From Eledone cirrhosa (Eukaryota), in contig OZ024743.1 of NCBI GenBank assembly GCA_964016885.1, positions 367,164,001 through 367,228,000 of the forward strand: a stretch of 64,000 nt of DNA, given 5' to 3'. Shown here in pieces: positions 28,071-40,055 of the stretch. Within the stretch, counting starts at the first letter, position 1. Every line of letters begins with the position of its first letter. Under the pieces are notes generated by a model, which was not told the DNA's origin, searched no databases, and worked only from the letters and a program-made list of their open reading frames with translations. The translations under genes were made by a program, and so were the position numbers.

Positions 28071-28359
28071 TTTTTTGTGTGGGAGCTTGCATTTCACCAC
28101 TCATTATAGAAGAAAACAAATAATATTCAGATGTACCAAGGTTATGGTGATAAAGAAAATGGAATCACTCACACATCATGATGCATGGCCAAGACCAAGA
28201 CCAAGACCAAGACCAACACTGAATGACAGGTTTCCAGACACAATGTAGCTACTGTATTACAGCAGTACATGTATCATGTGAGACTCAAACATGTTTAATT
28301 GATCTCACCAGCTTATTTGAAGATGATAAAGCACCAAGTCTACCCAGTAAGGTGGTAGT

Positions 28360-28720
28360 GCTGGTGCCATGATGAAATGCACCCAGACTGCTCTGAAAAA
28401 TAGTAGTGCCAGAGCCATGATAAAATGCTATAATGTGGTTGGTGTTAGTAAGAGCATCCAGCCATAGAAATCATGCTCCCAGTACTTGCGCTCTAAAGCA
28501 GTTGGTGTTAAGAAGGGCATCCAGCCATAGAAACCATACTCGTGGTGTACACTGTAAAGTGGTTGGCATCAGCAGGACCTCCAGCCATAGAAACCAAACC
28601 AAAATAAAATGTACGAGCTGGACATGGTCACCTGATCAGTCAGGCTCCAGCATGTGACAACTCATGCAAGCATAGAAAATTGATGTTAAACAGTAATGGT
28701 GATGATGATGATGTTGATAA
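28360..28720 (+). mobile_element. SINE/RTE-tail fragment with three tandem copies of the conserved 3' motif
   Basis: gttggtgtta..aagggcatccagccatagaaacc occurs three times, followed by catgcaagcatag and (GAT)n. Confidence 0.65.
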
Positions 28721-29299
28721 GTTTTCTTTGCAATCATGAGGTCCTGGGTTTGATTCCGTTGTATGTGTCTTTCACCCTAGCTTTAGGTTAACTCATGTCT
28801 TGTGAGTGAATTTGTGTATAAGTCTGTTGGCTGAACTGTGGCTGTTATTCAAAGGTGCAGCCTTGTCACACTATTTCATGCTGATTCCACTATTACATTA
28901 AAAGTATATATGTCTGTGGAATACCCAGCCACTTTGTACGTTAATTCATTGAGTGTCATTTAGTTTATCAAACAGCTGGATGCCCATATTTTGTTCTTGA
29001 TTAGAGAGCCCAACACGATTTTCAAGAATTTATTTATTTAAGGTATGAAAAAACACACACAACAACTCAAATTATAAACTTAAAAAGCCAGATGGTTGAT
29101 AAAAAATCCAAATCTAGGAGGAAACCCACCAATGGCAACCTTGATGAGAGGATAGACCTGTGAAGTAGACATTGAAGAGAGGGCGAATAATGTAATGAAC
29201 AAAATACCAAACATAAAGCTCTTAGCTGGTCAGCCCTTATCCTGCACATTCATGATTTGATAAGTTCTAGCCATGACCACTCCATCTTAACCTTTTCAG

Positions 29300-29363
<64 letters not shown>

Positions 29364-29716
29364 CATCATCATCATCATCATCAACGTTTAACGTCCGTGT
29401 TCCACGCTTGCATGGGTTTGGACGGGGGTAGTCCCACTTGAGGCAAGAGTGATTGTCTTGCTCGCATAGGACTGTCTGGCAGGTTTTCTACAGTTGGATG
29501 CCCTTCCTAACACCAACCACATTTACAGTGTGGGTCTGGGAGGTTTTTACCGTGTTGCCTACACGGCCACATTACAGCGTGGACTGTGTGTTTTTTTGTC
29601 GTGACACCTACACGATCTCATTTGTTTCGGCCTGGATGGCGCGGCACCAACATAACTTTACATAGAACGGGGTGGTGTGGATGGGGTGGGGGTGGCGGCG
29701 GGAGGGGTGTATTTTG

Positions 29717-32700
29717 TTAGAGATGCCTACTGGCAAGGCGGGTCTTCTCTGTTACTGAGTACCGCCAAAGGTCACGGTCCAGTGACATTGTCTTGGAGAG
29801 GTGTAAGTGTGTGAGGTCGGAGTTTATCAGCTCATCCCATGTTTTTCTAGGTCTGCCTATTCCGTGGCTACCGTCTATCTTTATTGCCCTGCACTTTGTA
29901 ATACAGCTATCGACTTTCATGCGCATCACGTGTCCATACCAACGCAGCCTTCTCTCGAGTAAACAACATCTGATCCCTCTTATCTCTAATTTTTTCCTTA
30001 GTTCGTTTATGCTTTGCCGTTCACGTATATTACTGTTACACATCCAGCGGAGCATGCAAGCTTCGTTCCTCTCTAGTCTGCGTATATCCTCTGCACACAA
30101 TGCCCAGGTCTCACTACCATGCAACATTGCTGTTCGTATGCAGGCATCGTACAACCTGCCTTTCATTTTTAGGGAGAACCCTTTAGCAGCTAATAGTGGT
30201 ATAAGCTCTCTGAACTTTTTCCAACCAGTTCTGACTCTAGCTACAGTACTTTCAGAGCACCCTCCCCCACTGCTGATTTTATCGCCCAGGTAACGGAAGC
30301 TGTCCACTATTTCTATAAAACCCTCTGCGCAATTGAAAGAGCTAGTATTTTGTGGGCACTTGCTGCTACTTATTGCACCAGAACACCGGCCACATGTAAA
30401 GTCTATGTTCTTAGTTAGCTTACCTGTGATCCCACTACATCTTTTATGCACCCATACTTTGCATTTAGGACATAAGATGGAGTTTCTACCTACGCCTTTC
30501 CTACATACCGAGCACGACCATTTCCCAGAAGGGACCGCCGCCTTGTTTTCTTTCCTACAAACTAGAACTTTGGTCTTAGCCAGGTTAATTTTAAGTCCTT
30601 TTGACTCTAGGCCGTGCTTCCATGTTTGGAATTTCTTCTCTAGCTCGGCCATTGATTCCGCTATGAGTGTCAGGTCGTCTGCGTATAGGAGTTCCCATGG
30701 GCAGCCTGTCTTGAACTCCTCTGTTATAGCCTGAAGGGCAATAATAAATAGTAGGGGGCTGAGAACAGAGCCCTGATGGACGCCAACTTTTACGCTAAAC
30801 TCTTCACTATATTCGTTGTTAATTCTAACCTTGCTGACTGTTTCTTTATACATGGCTTGTATAGCCCTCACAAGCCATTCGTCAACGCCTAGTTTTCTAA
30901 GAGCCCACCAGATAATGGAGCGGGGGACTCTGTCGAAGGCTTTCTCCAGGTCGACAAAAGCTAAGTAGAGGGGTTTACCTTTAGCTAGGTACTTCTCCTG
31001 TAGTTGTCGTACTATGAAAAGAGCGTCTGTGGTGCTTTTGCCTGACACAAACCCGAACTGCATTTCATCTAGATCAATTCTCTCTCTGATTAGTTGCGCT
31101 ATTACTTTTTCCGTGACCTTCATGACCTGGTCGATTAATTTAATGCCTCTATAGTTACTCCTATCTAGGGCGTCTCCTTTACCCTTATAACAGTTAACGA
31201 TGATGCTGCTATGCCAGTCCTTCGGAACAACCCCATTCTGTACGACTTGGTTAACTATGCGGGTGACCATGGTGTGTCCCACCGTGCCAGATGCCTTCAG
31301 CATCTCAGCAACTATTTCCGAAGGCCCAGCCGCCTTACCAGTCTTCATATCCTTGATTGCCTTACTTATTATACTCCCCTCGACTAACACTGCTGGTCCC
31401 TCTATCGGGTCGATATGGGGGAGACTGTCTTTCTCCCATTTATTCTCCTCATTTAGTAGCCTTTCATAGTGACACTTCCAAGCTACCTTCTTATCAGTGT
31501 CGGTGATGGCAAGTATGCCATCATCGTTAAGTACACACTTCTCCCCGACAATATCACGGTTTTCCTTGACGCATTGCCTGGCAATCCTGAACACCTCACG
31601 TTTTTGGTCATCGCGTTGTAGAACATGCTTGAACTTTCTTTCCTCAGCTTCCCTTCTTGCTAAGTACACTTCTCTCCTAGCTTCCCTCCTGGCCACTTGA
31701 TAGTCTACTCTACTTCCCCCATCCCGCCATACTTTCCAAGCCTGCTTTTTGGCCTTAATTGACCCCTCCACCTTACTGTTCCACCACCATGTTACTCTCC
31801 TCCTGCCTACAGGCCTGCTCCAGCCACAGACTTCGTCTGTCGCCAACAGCAGGTTAGCTTTCAGAAATTTCCACTGTCCCTCTATATTGTCCGATTCTAG
31901 ATGCTCTTCCTTACTGTCGAAAGCATCAAGTAATATGCTTTGAAATTTATTTCTGGCTGTGGGGTCTTTTAGTTTCCATATTTTCCTCCTGAGGATAGTC
32001 CTCTTCTGCTGTCGGGTGCGTCTCGTCCTGACTATGAGGTCGCTAATTATCAGTCTATGTTGGGAGGTGCATTCTTCATGGGGGAGGGATTTAGTGTTTA
32101 CAACAGACACTCTGTCACGTCTTCTGGTAAGGATATAATCTACCTGGCTTGTGTGTTCCCCGGATCTATAGGTAATCAGGTGATTGTCACGTTTTTTGAA
32201 GTTAGTGTTACAGATAGTTAGGTTATTTGCATCACAGTATTCCAGAATTCTGGAGCCTTCCTCATTTCTAGTACCAAACCCATAGCCTCCATGGATTTCG
32301 TCATAGCCGTCACAATGTTGTCCAACGTGACCATTTAGGTCGCCTGCAATAATTATATAGTCACTGTCAGATATTTGGGAGGTAGTTAGCAACAGTGTCT
32401 CATAGAATCTGTCTTTTATAGTGCCGGGCAGTCCGGATTGGGGTGCGTACGCAGATATTACTGTCACCGTAGTTCTATTGAGGACAAGTCTTATTTTAAT
32501 TATTCTGTCGTTCACTCTATTTACGTCTATTATCTTATCTGCCCACTTTTCTGCTACCATGATTCCTACTCCACCCAGCCCATCGTCGTTTCCCACCCAG
32601 AAAAGCTTATAACATCGTTTTTTACCCTCAATGAATCTAGCAGACCCACCCCTCCACCTGGTCTCTTGAATACAACAAACATCGACCTCCTTACGTTCAA

Positions 32701-33004
32701 GCATTTCTACAACCTCGTTAGCGCGACCCTTTAGGGTGCCTACATTTATGGTACCAACTCTGAAGTTTTGGGTTGCGTTTGGAGGGTGGGGGTGGTGGGG
32801 GGCGGGAGGAGATAGGGTTATGTTAGCCATCCGCGGACGAAACAAAGAGGAGTGCTCGCATTCTCGTCCACGAGGTGAATTTGACTTTAACTTTGGCATT
32901 TTCGCTCTGGGCGTCCAGATTTTTCTCTCCCTTCCACTCTCCAAGGATTCCGCAGTCCGTCCGTCCATCCATCCATCCATCATATATCGAAGGCAACCGG
33001 GCAA
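29717..33004 (-). CDS. RTE LINE polyprotein: APE-type endonuclease plus reverse transcriptase plus C4HC3 PHD-like finger
   Basis: Uninterrupted 1095-codon frame. The listed start is a TTG, so the true ATG is probably a downstream in-frame one. EN motifs: GTINVGTL, CCIQETRW, SAYAPQ, AGDLNGH, QVDYIL, SQHRL. RT motifs: NYRGIKL, FVDLEKAFDRVP, GVHQGSVLSP, LLYADD, FRYLG. C-terminal RLRWYGHV and GRPRKTW are typical of RTE. Confidence 0.97.
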   Translation of the reverse strand: MPGCLRYMMDGWMDGRTAESLESGRERKIWTPRAKMPKLKSNSPRGRECEHSSLFRPRMANITLSPPAPHHPHPPNATQNFRVGTINVGTLKGRANEVVEMLERKEVDVCCIQETRWRGGSARFIEGKKRCYKLFWVGNDDGLGGVGIMVAEKWADKIIDVNRVNDRIIKIRLVLNRTTVTVISAYAPQSGLPGTIKDRFYETLLLTTSQISDSDYIIIAGDLNGHVGQHCDGYDEIHGGYGFGTRNEEGSRILEYCDANNLTICNTNFKKRDNHLITYRSGEHTSQVDYILTRRRDRVSVVNTKSLPHEECTSQHRLIISDLIVRTRRTRQQKRTILRRKIWKLKDPTARNKFQSILLDAFDSKEEHLESDNIEGQWKFLKANLLLATDEVCGWSRPVGRRRVTWWWNSKVEGSIKAKKQAWKVWRDGGSRVDYQVARREARREVYLARREAEERKFKHVLQRDDQKREVFRIARQCVKENRDIVGEKCVLNDDGILAITDTDKKVAWKCHYERLLNEENKWEKDSLPHIDPIEGPAVLVEGSIISKAIKDMKTGKAAGPSEIVAEMLKASGTVGHTMVTRIVNQVVQNGVVPKDWHSSIIVNCYKGKGDALDRSNYRGIKLIDQVMKVTEKVIAQLIRERIDLDEMQFGFVSGKSTTDALFIVRQLQEKYLAKGKPLYLAFVDLEKAFDRVPRSIIWWALRKLGVDEWLVRAIQAMYKETVSKVRINNEYSEEFSVKVGVHQGSVLSPLLFIIALQAITEEFKTGCPWELLYADDLTLIAESMAELEKKFQTWKHGLESKGLKINLAKTKVLVCRKENKAAVPSGKWSCSVCRKGVGRNSILCPKCKVWVHKRCSGITGKLTKNIDFTCGRCSGAISSSKCPQNTSSFNCAEGFIEIVDSFRYLGDKISSGGGCSESTVARVRTGWKKFRELIPLLAAKGFSLKMKGRLYDACIRTAMLHGSETWALCAEDIRRLERNEACMLRWMCNSNIRERQSINELRKKLEIRGIRCCLLERRLRWYGHVMRMKVDSCITKCRAIKIDGSHGIGRPRKTWDELINSDLTHLHLSKTMSLDRDLWRYSVTEKTRLASRHL

Positions 33005-33016
33005 GCGATAGTATAG

Positions 33017-33195
33017 GCCTCTGGCTTATGATTTGGTCCGCGTAATAATAATAATGGTGATGCGTGGGGGTGGGGGTGGGTGGCTCTGGCTTATAATAAT
33101 GGTGGTGATGCGGGGGGGGGGGGGGGCTCTGGCTTATGATTGGTCCACGTATTAAGTATGGTGGCGTGTGGGGGCGGGAGGGAGGGGTGTGGGGT
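33017..33195. repeat. Three imperfect G-rich repeats in the LINE 5'UTR linker
   Basis: ctctggcttat occurs three times (~33019, ~33084, ~33127), each followed by G-runs. Confidence 0.8.
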
Positions 33196-33204
33196 AGCTA
33201 GCTG

Positions 33205-33469
33205 GAAGGTTATGAATGTTTAACAAGCGATTTAACAAAAAGCAAAACTGCAAGATTTGTTCTGTTCAATACGACAAAAACACCGTATTTAAACCTTAAA
33301 TAGATAACAAAAAAATACAGATTTCGGATTTTGCGAGATTGGATGTTTGTTTGGACTGTGTACGGAATTGAGCGTGGAAATGGAGAGAAGGATTGTACTT
33401 TACGGTTTACATGAGTCCATCATAGAAATAATTGAAGCAAAGTGGTTAAACATGAAGGAAAACTTATCT

Positions 33470-33504
<35 letters not shown>

Positions 33505-33972
33505 AGCTAAGCGAGAGATAGAGGGGAAGAAAGAGAGGGGGGGGAGATAGTGGCTGACCGCAGCCCCCTCGTGGAGAAGCAGGAGGGTGAAGGGGTGGAT
33601 CGGCTTTTTGACTTTCAAGTAGCATACTATATATATTTAAAGTAATTTATAAGTAGAATGGGGAGGATTTTGTTTTTTTTGTTTGAGAATACGATAGAAT
33701 TAAGATAGAAGGTTATGAATGTTTAACAAGCGATTTAACAAAAAGCAAAACTGCAAGATTTGTTCTGTTCAATACGACAAAAACACCGTATTTAAACCTT
33801 AAATAGATAACAAAAAAATACAGATTTCGGATTTTGCGAGATTGGATGTTTGTTTGGACTGTGTACGGAATTGAGCGTGGAAATGGAGAGAAGGATTGTA
33901 CTTTACGGTTTACATGAGTCCATCATAGAAATAATTGAAGCAAAGTGGTTAAACATGAAGGAAAACTTATCT

Positions 33973-34007
<35 letters not shown>

Positions 34008-34475
34008 AGCTAAGCGAGAGATAGAGGGGAAGAAAGAGAGGGGGGGGAGATAGTGGCTGACCGCAGCCCCCTCGTGGAGAAGCAGGAGGGTGAAGGGGTG
34101 GATCGGCTTTTTGACTTTCAAGTAGCATACTATATATATTTAAAGTAATTTATAAGTAGAATGGGGAGGATTTTGTTTTTTTTGTTTGAGAATACGATAG
34201 AATTAAGATAGAAGGTTATGAATGTTTAACAAGCGATTTAACAAAAAGCAAAACTGCAAGATTTGTTCTGTTCAATACGACAAAAACACCGTATTTAAAC
34301 CTTAAATAGATAACAAAAAAATACAGATTTCGGATTTTGCGAGATTGGATGTTTGTTTGGACTGTGTACGGAATTGAGCGTGGAAATGGAGAGAAGGATT
34401 GTACTTTACGGTTTACATGAGTCCATCATAGAAATAATTGAAGCAAAGTGGTTAAACATGAAGGAAAACTTATCT

Positions 34476-34510
<35 letters not shown>

Positions 34511-34978
34511 AGCTAAGCGAGAGATAGAGGGGAAGAAAGAGAGGGGGGGGAGATAGTGGCTGACCGCAGCCCCCTCGTGGAGAAGCAGGAGGGTGAAGGG
34601 GTGGATCGGCTTTTTGACTTTCAAGTAGCATACTATATATATTTAAAGTAATTTATAAGTAGAATGGGGAGGATTTTGTTTTTTTTGTTTGAGAATACGA
34701 TAGAATTAAGATAGAAGGTTATGAATGTTTAACAAGCGATTTAACAAAAAGCAAAACTGCAAGATTTGTTCTGTTCAATACGACAAAAACACCGTATTTA
34801 AACCTTAAATAGATAACAAAAAAATACAGATTTCGGATTTTGCGAGATTGGATGTTTGTTTGGACTGTGTACGGAATTGAGCGTGGAAATGGAGAGAAGG
34901 ATTGTACTTTACGGTTTACATGAGTCCATCATAGAAATAATTGAAGCAAAGTGGTTAAACATGAAGGAAAACTTATCT

Positions 34979-35013
<35 letters not shown>

Positions 35014-35481
35014 AGCTAAGCGAGAGATAGAGGGGAAGAAAGAGAGGGGGGGGAGATAGTGGCTGACCGCAGCCCCCTCGTGGAGAAGCAGGAGGGTGAA
35101 GGGGTGGATCGGCTTTTTGACTTTCAAGTAGCATACTATATATATTTAAAGTAATTTATAAGTAGAATGGGGAGGATTTTGTTTTTTTTGTTTGAGAATA
35201 CGATAGAATTAAGATAGAAGGTTATGAATGTTTAACAAGCGATTTAACAAAAAGCAAAACTGCAAGATTTGTTCTGTTCAATACGACAAAAACACCGTAT
35301 TTAAACCTTAAATAGATAACAAAAAAATACAGATTTCGGATTTTGCGAGATTGGATGTTTGTTTGGACTGTGTACGGAATTGAGCGTGGAAATGGAGAGA
35401 AGGATTGTACTTTACGGTTTACATGAGTCCATCATAGAAATAATTGAAGCAAAGTGGTTAAACATGAAGGAAAACTTATCT

Positions 35482-35516
<35 letters not shown>

Positions 35517-35984
35517 AGCTAAGCGAGAGATAGAGGGGAAGAAAGAGAGGGGGGGGAGATAGTGGCTGACCGCAGCCCCCTCGTGGAGAAGCAGGAGGGT
35601 GAAGGGGTGGATCGGCTTTTTGACTTTCAAGTAGCATACTATATATATTTAAAGTAATTTATAAGTAGAATGGGGAGGATTTTGTTTTTTTTGTTTGAGA
35701 ATACGATAGAATTAAGATAGAAGGTTATGAATGTTTAACAAGCGATTTAACAAAAAGCAAAACTGCAAGATTTGTTCTGTTCAATACGACAAAAACACCG
35801 TATTTAAACCTTAAATAGATAACAAAAAAATACAGATTTCGGATTTTGCGAGATTGGATGTTTGTTTGGACTGTGTACGGAATTGAGCGTGGAAATGGAG
35901 AGAAGGATTGTACTTTACGGTTTACATGAGTCCATCATAGAAATAATTGAAGCAAAGTGGTTAAACATGAAGGAAAACTTATCT

Positions 35985-36019
<35 letters not shown>

Positions 36020-36487
36020 AGCTAAGCGAGAGATAGAGGGGAAGAAAGAGAGGGGGGGGAGATAGTGGCTGACCGCAGCCCCCTCGTGGAGAAGCAGGAG
36101 GGTGAAGGGGTGGATCGGCTTTTTGACTTTCAAGTAGCATACTATATATATTTAAAGTAATTTATAAGTAGAATGGGGAGGATTTTGTTTTTTTTGTTTG
36201 AGAATACGATAGAATTAAGATAGAAGGTTATGAATGTTTAACAAGCGATTTAACAAAAAGCAAAACTGCAAGATTTGTTCTGTTCAATACGACAAAAACA
36301 CCGTATTTAAACCTTAAATAGATAACAAAAAAATACAGATTTCGGATTTTGCGAGATTGGATGTTTGTTTGGACTGTGTACGGAATTGAGCGTGGAAATG
36401 GAGAGAAGGATTGTACTTTACGGTTTACATGAGTCCATCATAGAAATAATTGAAGCAAAGTGGTTAAACATGAAGGAAAACTTATCT

Positions 36488-36524
<37 letters not shown>

Positions 36525-36992
36525 AGCTAAGCGAGAGATAGAGGGGAAGAAAGAGAGGGGGGGGAGATAGTGGCTGACCGCAGCCCCCTCGTGGAGAAGC
36601 AGGAGGGTGAAGGGGTGGATCGGCTTTTTGACTTTCAAGTAGCATACTATATATATTTAAAGTAATTTATAAGTAGAATGGGGAGGATTTTGTTTTTTTT
36701 GTTTGAGAATACGATAGAATTAAGATAGAAGGTTATGAATGTTTAACAAGCGATTTAACAAAAAGCAAAACTGCAAGATTTGTTCTGTTCAATACGACAA
36801 AAACACCGTATTTAAACCTTAAATAGATAACAAAAAAATACAGATTTCGGATTTTGCGAGATTGGATGTTTGTTTGGACTGTGTACGGAATTGAGCGTGG
36901 AAATGGAGAGAAGGATTGTACTTTACGGTTTACATGAGTCCATCATAGAAATAATTGAAGCAAAGTGGTTAAACATGAAGGAAAACTTATCT

Positions 36993-37029
<37 letters not shown>

Positions 37030-37497
37030 AGCTAAGCGAGAGATAGAGGGGAAGAAAGAGAGGGGGGGGAGATAGTGGCTGACCGCAGCCCCCTCGTGGA
37101 GAAGCAGGAGGGTGAAGGGGTGGATCGGCTTTTTGACTTTCAAGTAGCATACTATATATATTTAAAGTAATTTATAAGTAGAATGGGGAGGATTTTGTTT
37201 TTTTTGTTTGAGAATACGATAGAATTAAGATAGAAGGTTATGAATGTTTAACAAGCGATTTAACAAAAAGCAAAACTGCAAGATTTGTTCTGTTCAATAC
37301 GACAAAAACACCGTATTTAAACCTTAAATAGATAACAAAAAAATACAGATTTCGGATTTTGCGAGATTGGATGTTTGTTTGGACTGTGTACGGAATTGAG
37401 CGTGGAAATGGAGAGAAGGATTGTACTTTACGGTTTACATGAGTCCATCATAGAAATAATTGAAGCAAAGTGGTTAAACATGAAGGAAAACTTATCT

Positions 37498-37532
<35 letters not shown>

Positions 37533-38000
37533 AGCTAAGCGAGAGATAGAGGGGAAGAAAGAGAGGGGGGGGAGATAGTGGCTGACCGCAGCCCCCTCGT
37601 GGAGAAGCAGGAGGGTGAAGGGGTGGATCGGCTTTTTGACTTTCAAGTAGCATACTATATATATTTAAAGTAATTTATAAGTAGAATGGGGAGGATTTTG
37701 TTTTTTTTGTTTGAGAATACGATAGAATTAAGATAGAAGGTTATGAATGTTTAACAAGCGATTTAACAAAAAGCAAAACTGCAAGATTTGTTCTGTTCAA
37801 TACGACAAAAACACCGTATTTAAACCTTAAATAGATAACAAAAAAATACAGATTTCGGATTTTGCGAGATTGGATGTTTGTTTGGACTGTGTACGGAATT
37901 GAGCGTGGAAATGGAGAGAAGGATTGTACTTTACGGTTTACATGAGTCCATCATAGAAATAATTGAAGCAAAGTGGTTAAACATGAAGGAAAACTTATCT

Positions 38001-38041
<41 letters not shown>

Positions 38042-38507
38042 CTAAGCGAGAGATAGAGGGGAAGAAAGAGAGGGGGGGGAGATAGTGGCTGACCGCAGCC
38101 CCCTCGTGGAGAAGCAGGAGGGTGAAGGGGTGGATCGGCTTTTTGACTTTCAAGTAGCATACTATATATATTTAAAGTAATTTATAAGTAGAATGGGGAG
38201 GATTTTGTTTTTTTTGTTTGAGAATACGATAGAATTAAGATAGAAGGTTATGAATGTTTAACAAGCGATTTAACAAAAAGCAAAACTGCAAGATTTGTTC
38301 TGTTCAATACGACAAAAACACCGTATTTAAACCTTAAATAGATAACAAAAAAATACAGATTTCGGATTTTGCGAGATTGGATGTTTGTTTGGACTGTGTA
38401 CGGAATTGAGCGTGGAAATGGAGAGAAGGATTGTACTTTACGGTTTACATGAGTCCATCATAGAAATAATTGAAGCAAAGTGGTTAAACATGAAGGAAAA
38501 CTTATCT

Positions 38508-38544
<37 letters not shown>

Positions 38545-39012
38545 AGCTAAGCGAGAGATAGAGGGGAAGAAAGAGAGGGGGGGGAGATAGTGGCTGACCG
38601 CAGCCCCCTCGTGGAGAAGCAGGAGGGTGAAGGGGTGGATCGGCTTTTTGACTTTCAAGTAGCATACTATATATATTTAAAGTAATTTATAAGTAGAATG
38701 GGGAGGATTTTGTTTTTTTTGTTTGAGAATACGATAGAATTAAGATAGAAGGTTATGAATGTTTAACAAGCGATTTAACAAAAAGCAAAACTGCAAGATT
38801 TGTTCTGTTCAATACGACAAAAACACCGTATTTAAACCTTAAATAGATAACAAAAAAATACAGATTTCGGATTTTGCGAGATTGGATGTTTGTTTGGACT
38901 GTGTACGGAATTGAGCGTGGAAATGGAGAGAAGGATTGTACTTTACGGTTTACATGAGTCCATCATAGAAATAATTGAAGCAAAGTGGTTAAACATGAAG
39001 GAAAACTTATCT

Positions 39013-39047
<35 letters not shown>

Positions 39048-39515
39048 AGCTAAGCGAGAGATAGAGGGGAAGAAAGAGAGGGGGGGGAGATAGTGGCTGA
39101 CCGCAGCCCCCTCGTGGAGAAGCAGGAGGGTGAAGGGGTGGATCGGCTTTTTGACTTTCAAGTAGCATACTATATATATTTAAAGTAATTTATAAGTAGA
39201 ATGGGGAGGATTTTGTTTTTTTTGTTTGAGAATACGATAGAATTAAGATAGAAGGTTATGAATGTTTAACAAGCGATTTAACAAAAAGCAAAACTGCAAG
39301 ATTTGTTCTGTTCAATACGACAAAAACACCGTATTTAAACCTTAAATAGATAACAAAAAAATACAGATTTCGGATTTTGCGAGATTGGATGTTTGTTTGG
39401 ACTGTGTACGGAATTGAGCGTGGAAATGGAGAGAAGGATTGTACTTTACGGTTTACATGAGTCCATCATAGAAATAATTGAAGCAAAGTGGTTAAACATG
39501 AAGGAAAACTTATCT

Positions 39516-39552
<37 letters not shown>

Positions 39553-40020
39553 AGCTAAGCGAGAGATAGAGGGGAAGAAAGAGAGGGGGGGGAGATAGTG
39601 GCTGACCGCAGCCCCCTCGTGGAGAAGCAGGAGGGTGAAGGGGTGGATCGGCTTTTTGACTTTCAAGTAGCATACTATATATATTTAAAGTAATTTATAA
39701 GTAGAATGGGGAGGATTTTGTTTTTTTTGTTTGAGAATACGATAGAATTAAGATAGAAGGTTATGAATGTTTAACAAGCGATTTAACAAAAAGCAAAACT
39801 GCAAGATTTGTTCTGTTCAATACGACAAAAACACCGTATTTAAACCTTAAATAGATAACAAAAAAATACAGATTTCGGATTTTGCGAGATTGGATGTTTG
39901 TTTGGACTGTGTACGGAATTGAGCGTGGAAATGGAGAGAAGGATTGTACTTTACGGTTTACATGAGTCCATCATAGAAATAATTGAAGCAAAGTGGTTAA
40001 ACATGAAGGAAAACTTATCT

Positions 40021-40055
<35 letters not shown>

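Noticed and set aside
32815-32870. HDV-like ribozyme near the RTE start (P1-like GGACGAG/TTCGTCC, TCC loop and CTAA on the - strand)
   Set aside because: Some RTE elements do carry HDV-like ribozymes, but I could not form a convincing P2 or P4 here. An RNArobo/Infernal search would settle it.
29793-33011. Plus-strand ORFs overlapping the RTE ORF
   Set aside because: They are antisense shadows of the real coding frame and have no independent motifs.
33560-33605. Self-cleaving ribozyme within the 503-bp monomer
   Set aside because: No hammerhead CUGANGA/GAAA core is present, and an HDV-like fold lacks a P2 partner on either strand.
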